The notes under the pieces: generated by a model
Database searches by the model: none
Told to the model about the DNA's origin: nothing
What the model saw: only the letters and a program-made list of their open reading frames with translations
NCBI GenBank assembly: GCA_963204975.1
Contig: CAUJJC010000275.1
Location: 5,893 to 69,892, forward strand
Origin: Verrucomicrobiota bacterium
Lineage (GTDB): Bacteria > Verrucomicrobiota > Verrucomicrobiia > Verrucomicrobiales > Verrucomicrobiaceae
Reading direction: 5' to 3'
DNA length: 64,000 bases
Shown: positions 25,169-35,311 of the stretch, in pieces
Position numbering within the stretch: the stretch's first letter is position 1
How the letters are laid out: every line of letters begins with the position of its first letter
Made by a program: the position numbers and the translations under genes

Positions 25169-25717
25169 CTATTTCTTCGCCAGCGCTTTCTCGATAGCCT
25201 CGACCACGGCGGGGTCGGTCACTTTGGTCTTGGGCTCGATCCGCATGATGGGTTTGCCATCGCGACCCACGAGGAACTTGCCGAAATTCCATTTCACATC
25301 CCCTGGGAAGGCCCCTTTCTTGCCGGTGAGCGCTTCATACAGCGGATGCTTGGGCTCGCCCATCACCTGCACCTTGTCGAACATGGGGAAGGTCACGTTG
25401 TATTTGGTCGTGCAGAAGGTTTTCACCTCTTCATTCGAGCCCGGCTCCTGGCCACCGAAGTCATTGCAGGGGAAGCCCATGATCACGAGACCCTGGTCCT
25501 TGTATTTCCCGAAGGCAGCTTCGAGGTCCTTGTATTGAGGCGTGTTGCCACACTTGGAGGCGACATTCACGATAAGCAGCACTTTGCCATCGAAGGCTTT
25601 GAGGGAGGTCTCCTTGCCATCAATGTCCTTCAGCGAGATGTCTTTGAGGGCTTTGTGAGTTTCCGCGCCGATCACAGCGGTGGCGGCCAGCATTAGAGAG
25701 AGGAAGATGTATTTCAT
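25169..25717 (-). CDS. gpx: Glutathione peroxidase (Cys-type), secreted/periplasmic
   Basis: Start set at MKYIFLSLMLAATAVIGA (signal peptide). Motifs NVASKCG, FPCNDFGGQEPG, WNFGKFLV. Confidence 0.9.
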   Translation of the reverse strand: MKYIFLSLMLAATAVIGAETHKALKDISLKDIDGKETSLKAFDGKVLLIVNVASKCGNTPQYKDLEAAFGKYKDQGLVIMGFPCNDFGGQEPGSNEEVKTFCTTKYNVTFPMFDKVQVMGEPKHPLYEALTGKKGAFPGDVKWNFGKFLVGRDGKPIMRIEPKTKVTDPAVVEAIEKALAKK

Positions 25718-25840
25718 GGGCCTCCAAAGACGGTTCCACAGCTCGATACTTTTCAGAACATTCGATGCGCACATCACCCCATGCCAGACGTAAGGGCCTC
25801 TCGAACTGACTCTCTCAACCCACAACTTGAATCCAATCCT

Positions 25841-26554
25841 ATGAACCGTCGCTCCTTCATCACCACCTCCAGCACCGCTGCCATCGGCGCGCTAGTCGCC
25901 GCTCCTCAGGCACACGCTGAAATCACTCTGCCCGCTCTACCCTATGCGCCTGCTGCGCTGGAGCCCCACATTGATGCCGAGACCATGACCATCCATCATG
26001 ACAAGCATCATGCCGCCTACATCGCGAAGCTGAACGATGCGCTCAAAGCACTCAACCAGCCCGACGCCAATCCTCTCGATCTCATCACCAAGATCTCTTC
26101 ACTGCCCAGCGATCAGCAGATGGCCGTTCGCAACCATGGCGGCGGGCATGTGAATCACTCCTGGTTCTGGAACTGGATGGCCCCAGCGGGCAGCGGTCCC
26201 TCAGGCCCGGATGGCAAACTCGCCGCAAAGATTCAAAGCACCTTCGGTAGCATTGATGACTTCAAAAAGACTTTCAATGACGCAGCCACGAAGCGCTTTG
26301 GCTCCGGTTGGGCGTGGTTGATTGTGAAATCCGATGGCTCGGTGGCGATTACCTCCACGGCGAATCAGGACAATCCATTGATGAAAGGGGTGGTGCCGGA
26401 TTCCGATCTCGGCACGCCTGTGCTCGGGCTCGATGTCTGGGAGCACGCCTACTATCTGAAGTATCGCAACAAGCGCCCCGACTACATCACCGCCTGGTGG
26501 AACGTGGTGAACTGGGCCGAGGTGAACAAACTGGCCGCAGCTGCTGGCGTCTAA
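25841..26554 (+). CDS. sod: Fe/Mn-family superoxide dismutase with a twin-arginine signal peptide
   Basis: Start set at MNRRSFITTSSTAAIGALVAAPQAHA (Tat-like RR motif). Motifs HHDKHHAAY and DVWEHAYY. Confidence 0.9.
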   Translation: MNRRSFITTSSTAAIGALVAAPQAHAEITLPALPYAPAALEPHIDAETMTIHHDKHHAAYIAKLNDALKALNQPDANPLDLITKISSLPSDQQMAVRNHGGGHVNHSWFWNWMAPAGSGPSGPDGKLAAKIQSTFGSIDDFKKTFNDAATKRFGSGWAWLIVKSDGSVAITSTANQDNPLMKGVVPDSDLGTPVLGLDVWEHAYYLKYRNKRPDYITAWWNVVNWAEVNKLAAAAGV

Positions 26555-26573
26555 CACACGACTGATCGACAAC

Positions 26574-26603
26574 GCCGGAGGCCGAGCGGTCTCCGGCATT
26601 TAT
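26574..26603 (+). terminator. Possible terminator after sod
   Basis: GCCGGAG-N10-CTCCGGC followed by ATTTAT. The U-tract is weak. Confidence 0.4.
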
Positions 26604-26733
26604 CGTGCTCTCGGGAAGCAAGGGGGTGCTCGGATTGCCTTCTCCTTGGCAAAGACTCCTCACCATCTGCGCATCGGAAGGATCAGGGGCAAGGCGGCGT
26701 AGGTTTGCGCAGCCTCTGTCCCGCCTTTCAAGC

Positions 26734-29733
26734 ATGAAACCACTTCCCGTTATCGGCTGGCTCGCATTGTTGATACCAGCCTCCGTCTCCCTGGCAGGCC
26801 CCGTCGATTTCGCGCGCGACATCAAGCCACTGCTCAACAAGCACTGCACGGCCTGCCATGGCGGCGTGAAGCAGGCGAGCAATCTGTCGCTCGTCTATCA
26901 CAGCAAGGTGCTCGAACCCGCAAAGTCCGGGAAGATTCCCGTCGTGCCCGGCAACCTGGACAAGTCCGAACTCATCGCGCGCATCACGACCACCGATGAC
27001 GACGAAGTGATGCCGCCACCGAAGCACGGCAAACGTCTGCCTGAGCACGACATCCAGCTCTTCAAAGACTGGATCAGTCAAGGCGCTCCGTGGGACGAGC
27101 ACTGGGCCTTCGTGAAGCCAAAGCCGCCAACACTACCCGATCTCAAAGACAAGTCCTGGCCGAAGCAAAGCCTAGATGCCTTCGTGCTCGCGAAGCTGGA
27201 AAGCGAAGGACTCAAGCCATCGCCCGAGGCTGACCGTGCGCAGTGGCTGCGCCGTGTGTCGCTCGATCTGACGGGCTTGCCTCCGACGCCTGAGGAGGTT
27301 TCGTCATTCGCCACTCAGAATTCGTCATTCGAGTCAGTCGTTGATCGCTTGCTGCGCTCACCCGCCTTCGGCGAGCGCTGGGCCAGCGTGTGGCTCGATC
27401 TCTCGCGCTATGCCGACTCCCAAGGCTACGAAGCCGACAAGCCGCGCATCATCTGGCCATATCGCGACTGGTTAATCCGCGCGTTGAATGCGGACATGCC
27501 GTTCGACCAGTTCGCCATCAAACAGCTCGCGGGCGATCTTTTGCCGAAGGCGACACTCGATGACCGCATCGCCACCGCGTTCCATCGGAACACGCCTACG
27601 AACTCGGAGGGTGGCACCGATGATGAGGAGTTCCGCGTGGTCGCTGTCGTTGATCGCATCGCAACGACATGGCGCACATTCCAGGGCGTGACCTTCAACT
27701 GCGTGCAGTGCCACTCACATCCCTATGATCCCATCGAGCATAGCGAGTTCTACAACTTCATGGCCTTCTTCAATACTCAGAAGGACTGGGACTTGCCCGA
27801 AGACGAACCCAAGCTGCGCGTGCCTCTGAAGGACGGTGACTTCGCCAAAGCTCAGCATCTCGACGATCAAATGCTCGCCCTGCGCTCCGCCAAGGTGAAC
27901 GAGATGATGCAACGCAGCGAGTCGGCAAAATGGAAGTCCTTGCAGCCGAGCGCCGTGCAGTCGTCAGGCCAGACAAAGCTGATTACCAAAAAGGCCGAGG
28001 ACGGCATCACGGACGTCGTCGCGCAAGGCACTGTGTCGCACTACTCCGTGTTCACGATTGATGCGCCCGTGCCTGCGGGAACGAAGAAGCTGACCGCGCT
28101 GAAGATGGACGCGCTGCCGCTCGATCCTGTGAAGGCGAAGAGCACCGCTGAGCTGGGCTATGTCGTGTCGCTGCTGCGCGCCATCGTGGTCACCCCGGAG
28201 ACGGAGGCGAAAGTCTTCGCTGCTACGAGTGTCCCGCCAGAGCAGGAATTGGATGTCGCGGTCAATGCGAGTGCAAAGAAGAAAGTATCGTCACCACCAG
28301 CGCCCAAGGGCGTGCCCAATCCGCCGCCGCAGCCCGGCGAGATCACCTTCACCTATGCGCTCGGCGACGAAGCTGATCCAGTCTTCGATGCACAGACCAC
28401 GTTGAACGCCGACAAAGGTGGCTGGGGCGCGAACCCACGGATGACGCATACACGACGCCTCGTGCTCATCCCGTCAAAGCCCGTTGAATTGCCTGCCAAT
28501 GCAAAGCTCCGCATCATCATGCGCCACGATGAAGGCGGCTTTGGCTACGCACCGCTCGTCACGAACCGCAGCCGCTTCGGCATCTCGGACAGCGATGAAT
28601 GGACGAGCTACACAAGCAGCAGAGCCTTCACCGATCGCGAAGCTCAACTCGTGAAGCTCGACAAGGATCGCAGCGCCATCGCGAATGCTTTGATGCCAGT
28701 GATGGAAGAACAAGACGCGCACCTCAAGCGCCAGACCGCGACCTTCGTGCGCGGCAACTGGCTGGACAAAGGCGAGGTTGTTGAGCCGACGATCCCGGCA
28801 GTCTTTGGCACCATGCCGAAGTCGAACGATCCTGCGAGGCTCGCGCTCGCGAAGTGGATGGCGTCGGTGAAGAACCCGCTCACCGCTCGCGTCGCCGTGA
28901 ATCGCTTCTGGGAGCAACTCTTCGGCACCGGGATTGTCGAGACGTTGGAGGACTTCGGCAGCAGCGGTCAGGCACCGTCGAATCAAGCACTGCTCGATCA
29001 CCTCGCCGTGCGCTTCCAGACCGACCTCGGCTGGAGCATGAAGAAGCTGCTGCGCGAGATCGTCCTCAGCGCCACCTATCGCCAGAGCGCGAAGACTTCG
29101 CCGGAACTGCGCGAACGCGACCCGCACAATCGCTTACTCGCTCGTGGACCTCGCACGCGCCTCACTGCCGAGATGGTGCGCGACAACGCCCTGTTCGTTG
29201 CTGGCGTGCTATCGCCCAAGATATTCGGCCCGCCCGTCATGCCCGTGCAACCCGACGGCATCTGGCGAGCAGCCCGCAGCGGTGCGAAATGGAAGAACGC
29301 CACAGGCGACGATGCGCATCGCCGCTCGCTCTACACCTACTGGCGTCGCACGAGTCCGTATCCGAGCAGCCTCACTTTCGATGTGCCGGATCGCTTGCTA
29401 TGCACCGCCCGCCGCACCGCAACGAATACGCCGTTGCAAGCGCTCGTTACGCTCAACGATCCCGTCTTCATGGAAGCCGCCGTCGCGCTCGCCACGCGAG
29501 TCGAGAAGGCTGGCGACTTGAAGCAGCAGATCGCGCAAGCCTACGAACTCGCGACCAGCGCGAAGCCGAGTGCGAGCGACATCACCGATCTCATCGCCCT
29601 GCATGACGCGGCACTCGCTGAATACAAAGCGGACGCGAAGCTCGCCAAGTCGCTCGGCAACACGCCCGAGAAAGCCGCGCTCGCCGTGGTCGCGAATGCC
29701 ATCCTCAACCTCGACACCGTCCTCACCAAATGA
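26734..29733 (+). CDS. PSCyt1 (planctomycete-type cytochrome c) + DUF1549 + DUF1553 protein
   Basis: Start set at MKPLPVIGWLALLIPASVSLA. N-terminal CTACHGG haem motif. RRVSLDLTGLPPTPEEV (DUF1549-like). CVQCHSHPYD and RFWEQLFG (DUF1553-like). Confidence 0.85.
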   Translation: MKPLPVIGWLALLIPASVSLAGPVDFARDIKPLLNKHCTACHGGVKQASNLSLVYHSKVLEPAKSGKIPVVPGNLDKSELIARITTTDDDEVMPPPKHGKRLPEHDIQLFKDWISQGAPWDEHWAFVKPKPPTLPDLKDKSWPKQSLDAFVLAKLESEGLKPSPEADRAQWLRRVSLDLTGLPPTPEEVSSFATQNSSFESVVDRLLRSPAFGERWASVWLDLSRYADSQGYEADKPRIIWPYRDWLIRALNADMPFDQFAIKQLAGDLLPKATLDDRIATAFHRNTPTNSEGGTDDEEFRVVAVVDRIATTWRTFQGVTFNCVQCHSHPYDPIEHSEFYNFMAFFNTQKDWDLPEDEPKLRVPLKDGDFAKAQHLDDQMLALRSAKVNEMMQRSESAKWKSLQPSAVQSSGQTKLITKKAEDGITDVVAQGTVSHYSVFTIDAPVPAGTKKLTALKMDALPLDPVKAKSTAELGYVVSLLRAIVVTPETEAKVFAATSVPPEQELDVAVNASAKKKVSSPPAPKGVPNPPPQPGEITFTYALGDEADPVFDAQTTLNADKGGWGANPRMTHTRRLVLIPSKPVELPANAKLRIIMRHDEGGFGYAPLVTNRSRFGISDSDEWTSYTSSRAFTDREAQLVKLDKDRSAIANALMPVMEEQDAHLKRQTATFVRGNWLDKGEVVEPTIPAVFGTMPKSNDPARLALAKWMASVKNPLTARVAVNRFWEQLFGTGIVETLEDFGSSGQAPSNQALLDHLAVRFQTDLGWSMKKLLREIVLSATYRQSAKTSPELRERDPHNRLLARGPRTRLTAEMVRDNALFVAGVLSPKIFGPPVMPVQPDGIWRAARSGAKWKNATGDDAHRRSLYTYWRRTSPYPSSLTFDVPDRLLCTARRTATNTPLQALVTLNDPVFMEAAVALATRVEKAGDLKQQIAQAYELATSAKPSASDITDLIALHDAALAEYKADAKLAKSLGNTPEKAALAVVANAILNLDTVLTK

Positions 29734-31172
29734 ACGCGCTCCACCACCTCCAGCTCGACACGCTTCATCAAACCACGCGTCGTCACTTCCTACAAAAGTG
29801 TGGCGTGGGACTCGGCAGTGCGTGGCTTGCACAGCAGGACTTGGCAGCACAGCGTGATCCGGCGCGACCGAATGCAGCGCAGGCTCCGGCCTTGCCTGCG
29901 AAGGCGAAGCGGGTGATCTACATGCACATGTCGGGCTCGCCGAGTCAGCTCGAACTCTTCGACTACAAGCCCGTGCTGCAAAAGCTCAACGGCAAGGACT
30001 GCCCGAAGGAGTTCCTCGAAGGCAAGCGCTTCGCCTTCATCCGCGGCACGCCGAAACTACTGGGGCCGTATTTCCCGTTTCATCAGGAGAAGAAGACGGG
30101 GCAGTGGATCTCGGATCGGCTGCCGCACTTCGAGTCAGTGATGGACAAGGTTTGCATCATCAAGTCGATGCAGACCGACCAATTCAACCATGCGCCTGCT
30201 CAGTTGCTCGCACTCACAGGTAGTCAGAACCTCGGCAACGCGAGCCTCGGTGCGTGGACGACGTATGGCCTTGGCAGCGAGAGCGATAACATGCCGGGCT
30301 TTGTCGTGCTGCTCAGCGGCGGACAGAATCCTGATGCGGGCAAGGCGGCGTGGGGCAGCGGCTTCCTGCCCAGTGTGTATCAAGGCGTGCAGTGCCGCAG
30401 CGAAGGCGATCCGGTGCTGTATTTGTCGAATCCTCCGGGCATCAATCGCACCGTGCGTGGTGGCGTGATCGACGCGCTGAAGAAGATCAATCAGCGAACT
30501 TACGAGCAGCTCGGCGACACCGAGACCATCACGCGCATTGCTCAATACGAGATGGCCTTCCGCATGCAGATGTCGGCCAGCGAGGCGATGGACATCACGC
30601 AGGAGCCGAAGCACATCCACGAGATGTATGGCACCGAGCCGGGCAAGGAGAGCTTCGCCAACAACTGCCTGCTCGCGCGTCGGCTCATCGAGCGCGGCGT
30701 GCGCTTTGTGCAGCTCTTTGACTGGGTGTGGGACCATCACAGTGGTCTCGATGATGCCTTCCCGAAGAAGTGCCAGCAGGTGGACAAGCCGATGACTGCG
30801 CTGCTGAATGATCTCGAACAACGCGGCTTGCTCGAAGACACGCTGGTCGTGTGGGGCGGCGAGTTCGGTCGCACGCCGATGCAGGAGAATCGTGGTGGTG
30901 TAGCTGCGAAGTCACCGGGTCGCGATCATCATGTCGATGCCTATTCGCTCTGGCTCGCAGGCGGCGGCATCAAGGGCGGCATCAGCTACGGCGAGACCGA
31001 TGAGATCGGCTACAACGCCGTGCTCGACAAGGTGCTCGCGCGTGACCTGCACGCGACGATCCTGCATCAGCTCGGTATTGATCACTTGAAGCTCACGTAT
31101 CCCTATCAAGGCCTCAACCAGCGCATCGTCGGCGTGAAGCCTTGCCGCGTGATCAATGACATCCTGGCCTAA
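29730..31172 (+). CDS. DUF1501 (sulfatase-fold) protein with a Tat signal
   Basis: RRHFLQKCGVGLGSAWLAQQ; GEFGRTP; SPGRDHH..AYSLWLAGGGIKGG. ATGA-coupled to the upstream DUF1553 gene, the usual partner arrangement. Confidence 0.85.
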   Translation: MNALHHLQLDTLHQTTRRHFLQKCGVGLGSAWLAQQDLAAQRDPARPNAAQAPALPAKAKRVIYMHMSGSPSQLELFDYKPVLQKLNGKDCPKEFLEGKRFAFIRGTPKLLGPYFPFHQEKKTGQWISDRLPHFESVMDKVCIIKSMQTDQFNHAPAQLLALTGSQNLGNASLGAWTTYGLGSESDNMPGFVVLLSGGQNPDAGKAAWGSGFLPSVYQGVQCRSEGDPVLYLSNPPGINRTVRGGVIDALKKINQRTYEQLGDTETITRIAQYEMAFRMQMSASEAMDITQEPKHIHEMYGTEPGKESFANNCLLARRLIERGVRFVQLFDWVWDHHSGLDDAFPKKCQQVDKPMTALLNDLEQRGLLEDTLVVWGGEFGRTPMQENRGGVAAKSPGRDHHVDAYSLWLAGGGIKGGISYGETDEIGYNAVLDKVLARDLHATILHQLGIDHLKLTYPYQGLNQRIVGVKPCRVINDILA

Positions 31173-31399
31173 GTGCCATCCGTCGCCTTCACAGCGATGC
31201 TGGCAGTCAGCTTACCAGCGGCTTTGAGTTCGCCGAACCAGAGCACCTGCTGCGTGGTGTCTTTCCAATTCGATATGCCATGCTCCTTCGAGATACTCAG
31301 GCCGTTCGGATCGGGATCAACAAAGGCGATGAACGCAGGCACACGAAGTTCCGCCATGACGGGCGTGCAGAGGGCGAGGAGAAGGCTGGCAAGTTTCAT
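31169..31399 (-). CDS. Short secreted hypothetical protein, possibly the N-terminal stump of a larger gene
   Basis: MKLASLLLALCTPVMA signal peptide then 60 aa. The stop overlaps the convergent DUF1501 stop. No recognisable complete domain. Confidence 0.3.
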   Translation of the reverse strand: MKLASLLLALCTPVMAELRVPAFIAFVDPDPNGLSISKEHGISNWKDTTQQVLWFGELKAAGKLTASIAVKATDGT

Positions 31400-31449
31400 C
31401 AAGGGGCGGACAGTGGCGGACGTTCGTTGCTGCGCAATGCAGGACTCAG

Positions 31450-32130
31450 TCATGGCACCTCCAGCCGATAGCCAATCCTCGGCTCTGTCTTGATTAAACC
31501 TGTGTGCTCAGGATCAATTTTCTGCCGCAGATGCGTGAAGTGGACGCGCAGGTAGTGGCTTTGGTCCTCGGCCTGCGGGCCCCAGACTTCGCGGAGCAGT
31601 TGCCTCTGCATCACCACCTTCCCGGCGTGCTTGATGAGGAGTCGGAGCAGGGCGTATTCGATGGAGGTAAGTTTTACTTCCTCGCCTTTGAGCTTCACGA
31701 GGCGTGCCGCGAGGTCCACTTCGAGCGCACCGGTTTTGAAAACGGGTTCTTCATCAACATCAGCACTGCGCCGCATGACGGCGCGGAGACGGGCGATGAC
31801 TTCGCGGGCGTTGAAGGGCTTGGTGATGTAGTCGTCGGCACCGAGGTCGAGCGCGGTGATCTTCTCATCGGCGGCATCGCGCACGGAGATCATCACGACG
31901 GGCACGCGGCTCCATTCGCGAATGCGCTTCAGCACTTCGAAACCGGTGATGTCTGGCAGGCCGATGTCGAGCAACACAGCATCGGGCCGCGTCGATGCGA
32001 CCTCAATCAAACCCTGCTGTCCGGCCTCGCACTCGCGCACCTTCCAGCCAGCGTCCTCAAGGCAGAGTCGCAGCAACCGGCGCATGGGTTGCTCGTCGTC
32101 AATGATGAGGATGGTCGGCTGGGCAATCAT
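31450..32130 (-). CDS. kdpE: KdpE response regulator (OmpR family)
   Basis: Start set at ATG 32130 (ATGA overlap with the kdpD stop). Receiver ILIIDDE...LLDIGLPDITG. Winged-helix C-terminus LRQKIDP...TEPRIGYRL. Confidence 0.9.
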   Translation of the reverse strand: MIAQPTILIIDDEQPMRRLLRLCLEDAGWKVRECEAGQQGLIEVASTRPDAVLLDIGLPDITGFEVLKRIREWSRVPVVMISVRDAADEKITALDLGADDYITKPFNAREVIARLRAVMRRSADVDEEPVFKTGALEVDLAARLVKLKGEEVKLTSIEYALLRLLIKHAGKVVMQRQLLREVWGPQAEDQSHYLRVHFTHLRQKIDPEHTGLIKTEPRIGYRLEVP

Positions 32131-34784
32131 GCGTGTGGCGAATCCTTGCAAGGAAAGGTCATCGTGAAAACCGCACCGCCATCGGGTGCATTCGTGGCTG
32201 TGACTTTGCCGCCGAGCGCTCGCGCGAAGCCGCGCACGATACTGAGACCCAGACCGGCACCACCGGCGGGGGATTGACTGGAGCGATAGAACTTGTCGAA
32301 CAAGCGCGGCAAATCTTCTTCGGCGATGCCAGCACCATGATCACGCACAGCAAGGCTCCACTGATCACCTTGCTTTGTCGCGGTGACTTCGATGCGGCCT
32401 TCGTTGGGAGTGTAGGCGAGTGCATTGAGCAACAGGTTGGTCACACAGGCTTCGAGCAGACCGGCATCGGTGTGCACGGGTGGGAAGTTGTCGGGCACCT
32501 GGATCACGATGCGTGATTGTTGAGCGGCAGGCACATGATGATCCACCGCCGCGCGCAGCATTTCCTCGATGTCGCACCAGTCGGCCTGAGGCTTGAGCAG
32601 GCCGCTTTCAATGCGGGTCATGTCGAGCAATTGCGTGGTCACGCGCTCGAGGCGGCAAGTGGCGCTGTCCATCTCGCCGAGCAGCAGCGCGCCACGTTCA
32701 TCGGCGGGCTTGGTTTGCAAATCGAGCGAGGCACGCAGCGCCGCGATGGGTGTCTTCAGCTCGTGCGAGACGCTGTCGAGCAGTGCCTTGTGCAGGCGGT
32801 TGGATTGCTCGGCGATCTCAGCGCGCTGCATCGCGGAGGCGAGGTGCTCCTTCTCCAGCACGAGCCCGAGTTGTGCGCACAGGGCTTCGAGCAGGCTGCG
32901 TTCCTCATGTCGCAAAGTGCGACCGCTCGGCCATTCAAGCACGAGCGCACCCATGATGGAACTGCGCGTCTGCAACGGCAGGCAGGTGACACGGCTTTCC
33001 GGCAGCGTCTCGGTGAATCGTCCGGCGGCCTGACGATGCGACTGCACCCAGGTGGCAACACTCCAATCCTTGTTCGTGATGGCAAGTGATGATCCTGCCA
33101 CGGGCTCGCGCAGCAAGGAGTGATCGTTGTCGTTCCGGCGCAGTAACGCGAGAGGAGCATCGAAGAGTTCATGCAAACGCACGAGCGCACGCTGCATGGC
33201 ATCGGACTCATCCAGCGCGCCCGAAGTGAGCTGCGTAAAGCCGAGCAGCGTGGCGGTGCGTTGCTCGCGCTGACGTTCCAACTGCTGCTGCCTGCGCAGC
33301 TTCGAGGTCACATGCCCGATCACCAGTGCGACGATGAAGTAGGCGGCGAACATGATACCGTCGTGCGTCTCTTTGATGTAAAACGTGAAGCGCGGCGGGA
33401 TGAAGAGGAAGTCCCACAGCAGCGCGCTCACCGTCGCCATCACTAGGATCGGCACACGCCCCAGTCGCAGCGCTGAAAGCACGACCGCGAGCAGATAAAT
33501 CAGCGCCACCGACCAGTAGCCGATCCACGACACGGCGAACCAGCAAGCTGCGGTGAGTGCGGAGACAATGCCCAGCGCGATGCCTGTCTCGGCCAGGCGG
33601 TCTGAAGACGTGGTTGTGTTGGTGGAGATGATCTTCGGTGCCGTCGATTCGCCCCGTCTTGGTCGGACCACCTGCACATCAATGTCACCGCTGCCCGCGA
33701 TCAAGCGATCCACGAGCGAGGGCCGCCACCATGCCCACAAGTCGATACGACGCTCCGGCTTGCCCACGATGATCTGCGTAGCGTGGCGCTCTCGCGCCAC
33801 TGCCAGCACTGCATCGCTCACGCTTTGCCCGCTTGTCTGCACCACCTCGGCACCGAGCGATTGCGCCAGCGTGATGTGGCGTGTGAGAGTAGCGCGTGCG
33901 GCTTCACTCAGCACGTCTCCCGTGTCCACCGTGACCGCGAACCACGTCGCATCCAGCATCCCAGCGGCGCGTCTGGTTCGGCGAATCAGACTCTCCGAAC
34001 TCGGGCTCGGTCCGATGGCCACCAGCAGCTTCTCGTTGGTGCGCAGCGGCCCGGTGCGTTTTCGCTCAGCAGCGAACTCGCGAAAGTCTTTGCCCGCGCG
34101 CTCCGCCGCATAGCGCAGCGCGAGTTCACGCAGGGCAGTGAGATTACCCATGCGGAAGAACTGATCCGCTGCCATCGCCGCGCGCTCACCTTGATAGACC
34201 TTGCCCTCCGAGAGCCGTGCGCGCAGTTGCTCCGGCGGCAGATCAATGAGCACCACTTCATCGGCGCGATCGAGCAAGGAGTCCGGCACTGTCTCGCGCA
34301 CAGTGACGCCCGTCAGCTCTGCGACGATTTCGGCACGGCTTTCCACATGTTGAATGTTCAGCGTGGTCCACACCGAGATGCCTGCATCCAGCAGTTCGGC
34401 CACGTCTTGATGCCGTTTCGGATGTCGGCTTCCGGGCACGTTCGTGTGCGCCAGTTCGTCCACCAGGGCGATGCTTGGCCGTCGGGCAAGCAGTGCATCC
34501 AGGTCCATCTCACGCACCGTGATGCCACGATGCTCGGAGCACTTCAGCGGCACGACTTCGAGCCCCTCTATCAACGCCGCTGTCTCCTTGCGCCCATGCG
34601 TTTCTACCACGCCGATCACCGCCTCGGAGCCACGCGCTGCTTGCAGCATGGCAAACGTTTTGCCCACGCCCGGACACATGCCGAGGAACACGCGCAGCCG
34701 AGCCACCTCTGCGCGCGGCTCCTGCATCTCGGCAAGGAGCGCATCAGGATCAGGGCGATGATCGTCGTCGGACATCGGGTTCAA
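32127..34784 (-). CDS. kdpD: KdpD sensor histidine kinase
   Basis: 885 aa. KdpD N-terminal P-loop GMCPGVGKTFAML, Usp-like segment, 4 TM helices, H-box SHELKTPIAAL, G-boxes DHGAGI and GGAGLGLSIV. Confidence 0.92.
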   Translation of the reverse strand: MNPMSDDDHRPDPDALLAEMQEPRAEVARLRVFLGMCPGVGKTFAMLQAARGSEAVIGVVETHGRKETAALIEGLEVVPLKCSEHRGITVREMDLDALLARRPSIALVDELAHTNVPGSRHPKRHQDVAELLDAGISVWTTLNIQHVESRAEIVAELTGVTVRETVPDSLLDRADEVVLIDLPPEQLRARLSEGKVYQGERAAMAADQFFRMGNLTALRELALRYAAERAGKDFREFAAERKRTGPLRTNEKLLVAIGPSPSSESLIRRTRRAAGMLDATWFAVTVDTGDVLSEAARATLTRHITLAQSLGAEVVQTSGQSVSDAVLAVARERHATQIIVGKPERRIDLWAWWRPSLVDRLIAGSGDIDVQVVRPRRGESTAPKIISTNTTTSSDRLAETGIALGIVSALTAACWFAVSWIGYWSVALIYLLAVVLSALRLGRVPILVMATVSALLWDFLFIPPRFTFYIKETHDGIMFAAYFIVALVIGHVTSKLRRQQQLERQREQRTATLLGFTQLTSGALDESDAMQRALVRLHELFDAPLALLRRNDNDHSLLREPVAGSSLAITNKDWSVATWVQSHRQAAGRFTETLPESRVTCLPLQTRSSIMGALVLEWPSGRTLRHEERSLLEALCAQLGLVLEKEHLASAMQRAEIAEQSNRLHKALLDSVSHELKTPIAALRASLDLQTKPADERGALLLGEMDSATCRLERVTTQLLDMTRIESGLLKPQADWCDIEEMLRAAVDHHVPAAQQSRIVIQVPDNFPPVHTDAGLLEACVTNLLLNALAYTPNEGRIEVTATKQGDQWSLAVRDHGAGIAEEDLPRLFDKFYRSSQSPAGGAGLGLSIVRGFARALGGKVTATNAPDGGAVFTMTFPCKDSPHA

Positions 34785-35311
34785 TGCAGCGTATCCAGAG
34801 TCTGATTGAGCTTCAACACATTCACCTGGCCGTCGCCAATCAAGGCCGAGACGAGTGCTTCATCGAGGCCGCGAGCAGTGCAGACACGCTTCAACTGAAA
34901 ACGCGCGGCGTCGGCGCTAATGTGCGGATCGAGACCGCTGCCACTGGCTTGCACGAGTTCCGCAGGCACGGGTGCGTTATCAGGGAGGTTGTGAGCTTTG
35001 CGCAAGGCGGCAGCGCGATCACTGATGACTAGCTTCAAGGCGGCACTCGTGGAGCCGAGATTGCTGGCACCGCTGGGCACGGTGGCGAAAGCGGCGGCGC
35101 TCGGCCTGGGCCAGAAATAGCGTGGTGATTTGAACTCTTGAGCGAGTAACTCGGAGCCGAGCAGCTTGCCGTCAGCACCGGTGATGAGACTGCCATTGGC
35201 CTGATGAGCGAAAGCTACTCTGGCGATGCCGGTGACGAGGAGAGGATAACCGACGCCGGTGATCAAAGTCAGCGTCGCGAAGGTTAGAAGAGCATGGAGA
35301 AGTGTTTTCAT
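34781..35311 (-). CDS. kdpC: K+-transporting ATPase subunit KdpC
   Basis: 176 aa with a single N-terminal TM helix. Positioned between kdpB and kdpD. Has the SGSGLDPHIS motif. Confidence 0.9.
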   Translation of the reverse strand: MKTLLHALLTFATLTLITGVGYPLLVTGIARVAFAHQANGSLITGADGKLLGSELLAQEFKSPRYFWPRPSAAAFATVPSGASNLGSTSAALKLVISDRAAALRKAHNLPDNAPVPAELVQASGSGLDPHISADAARFQLKRVCTARGLDEALVSALIGDGQVNVLKLNQTLDTLH

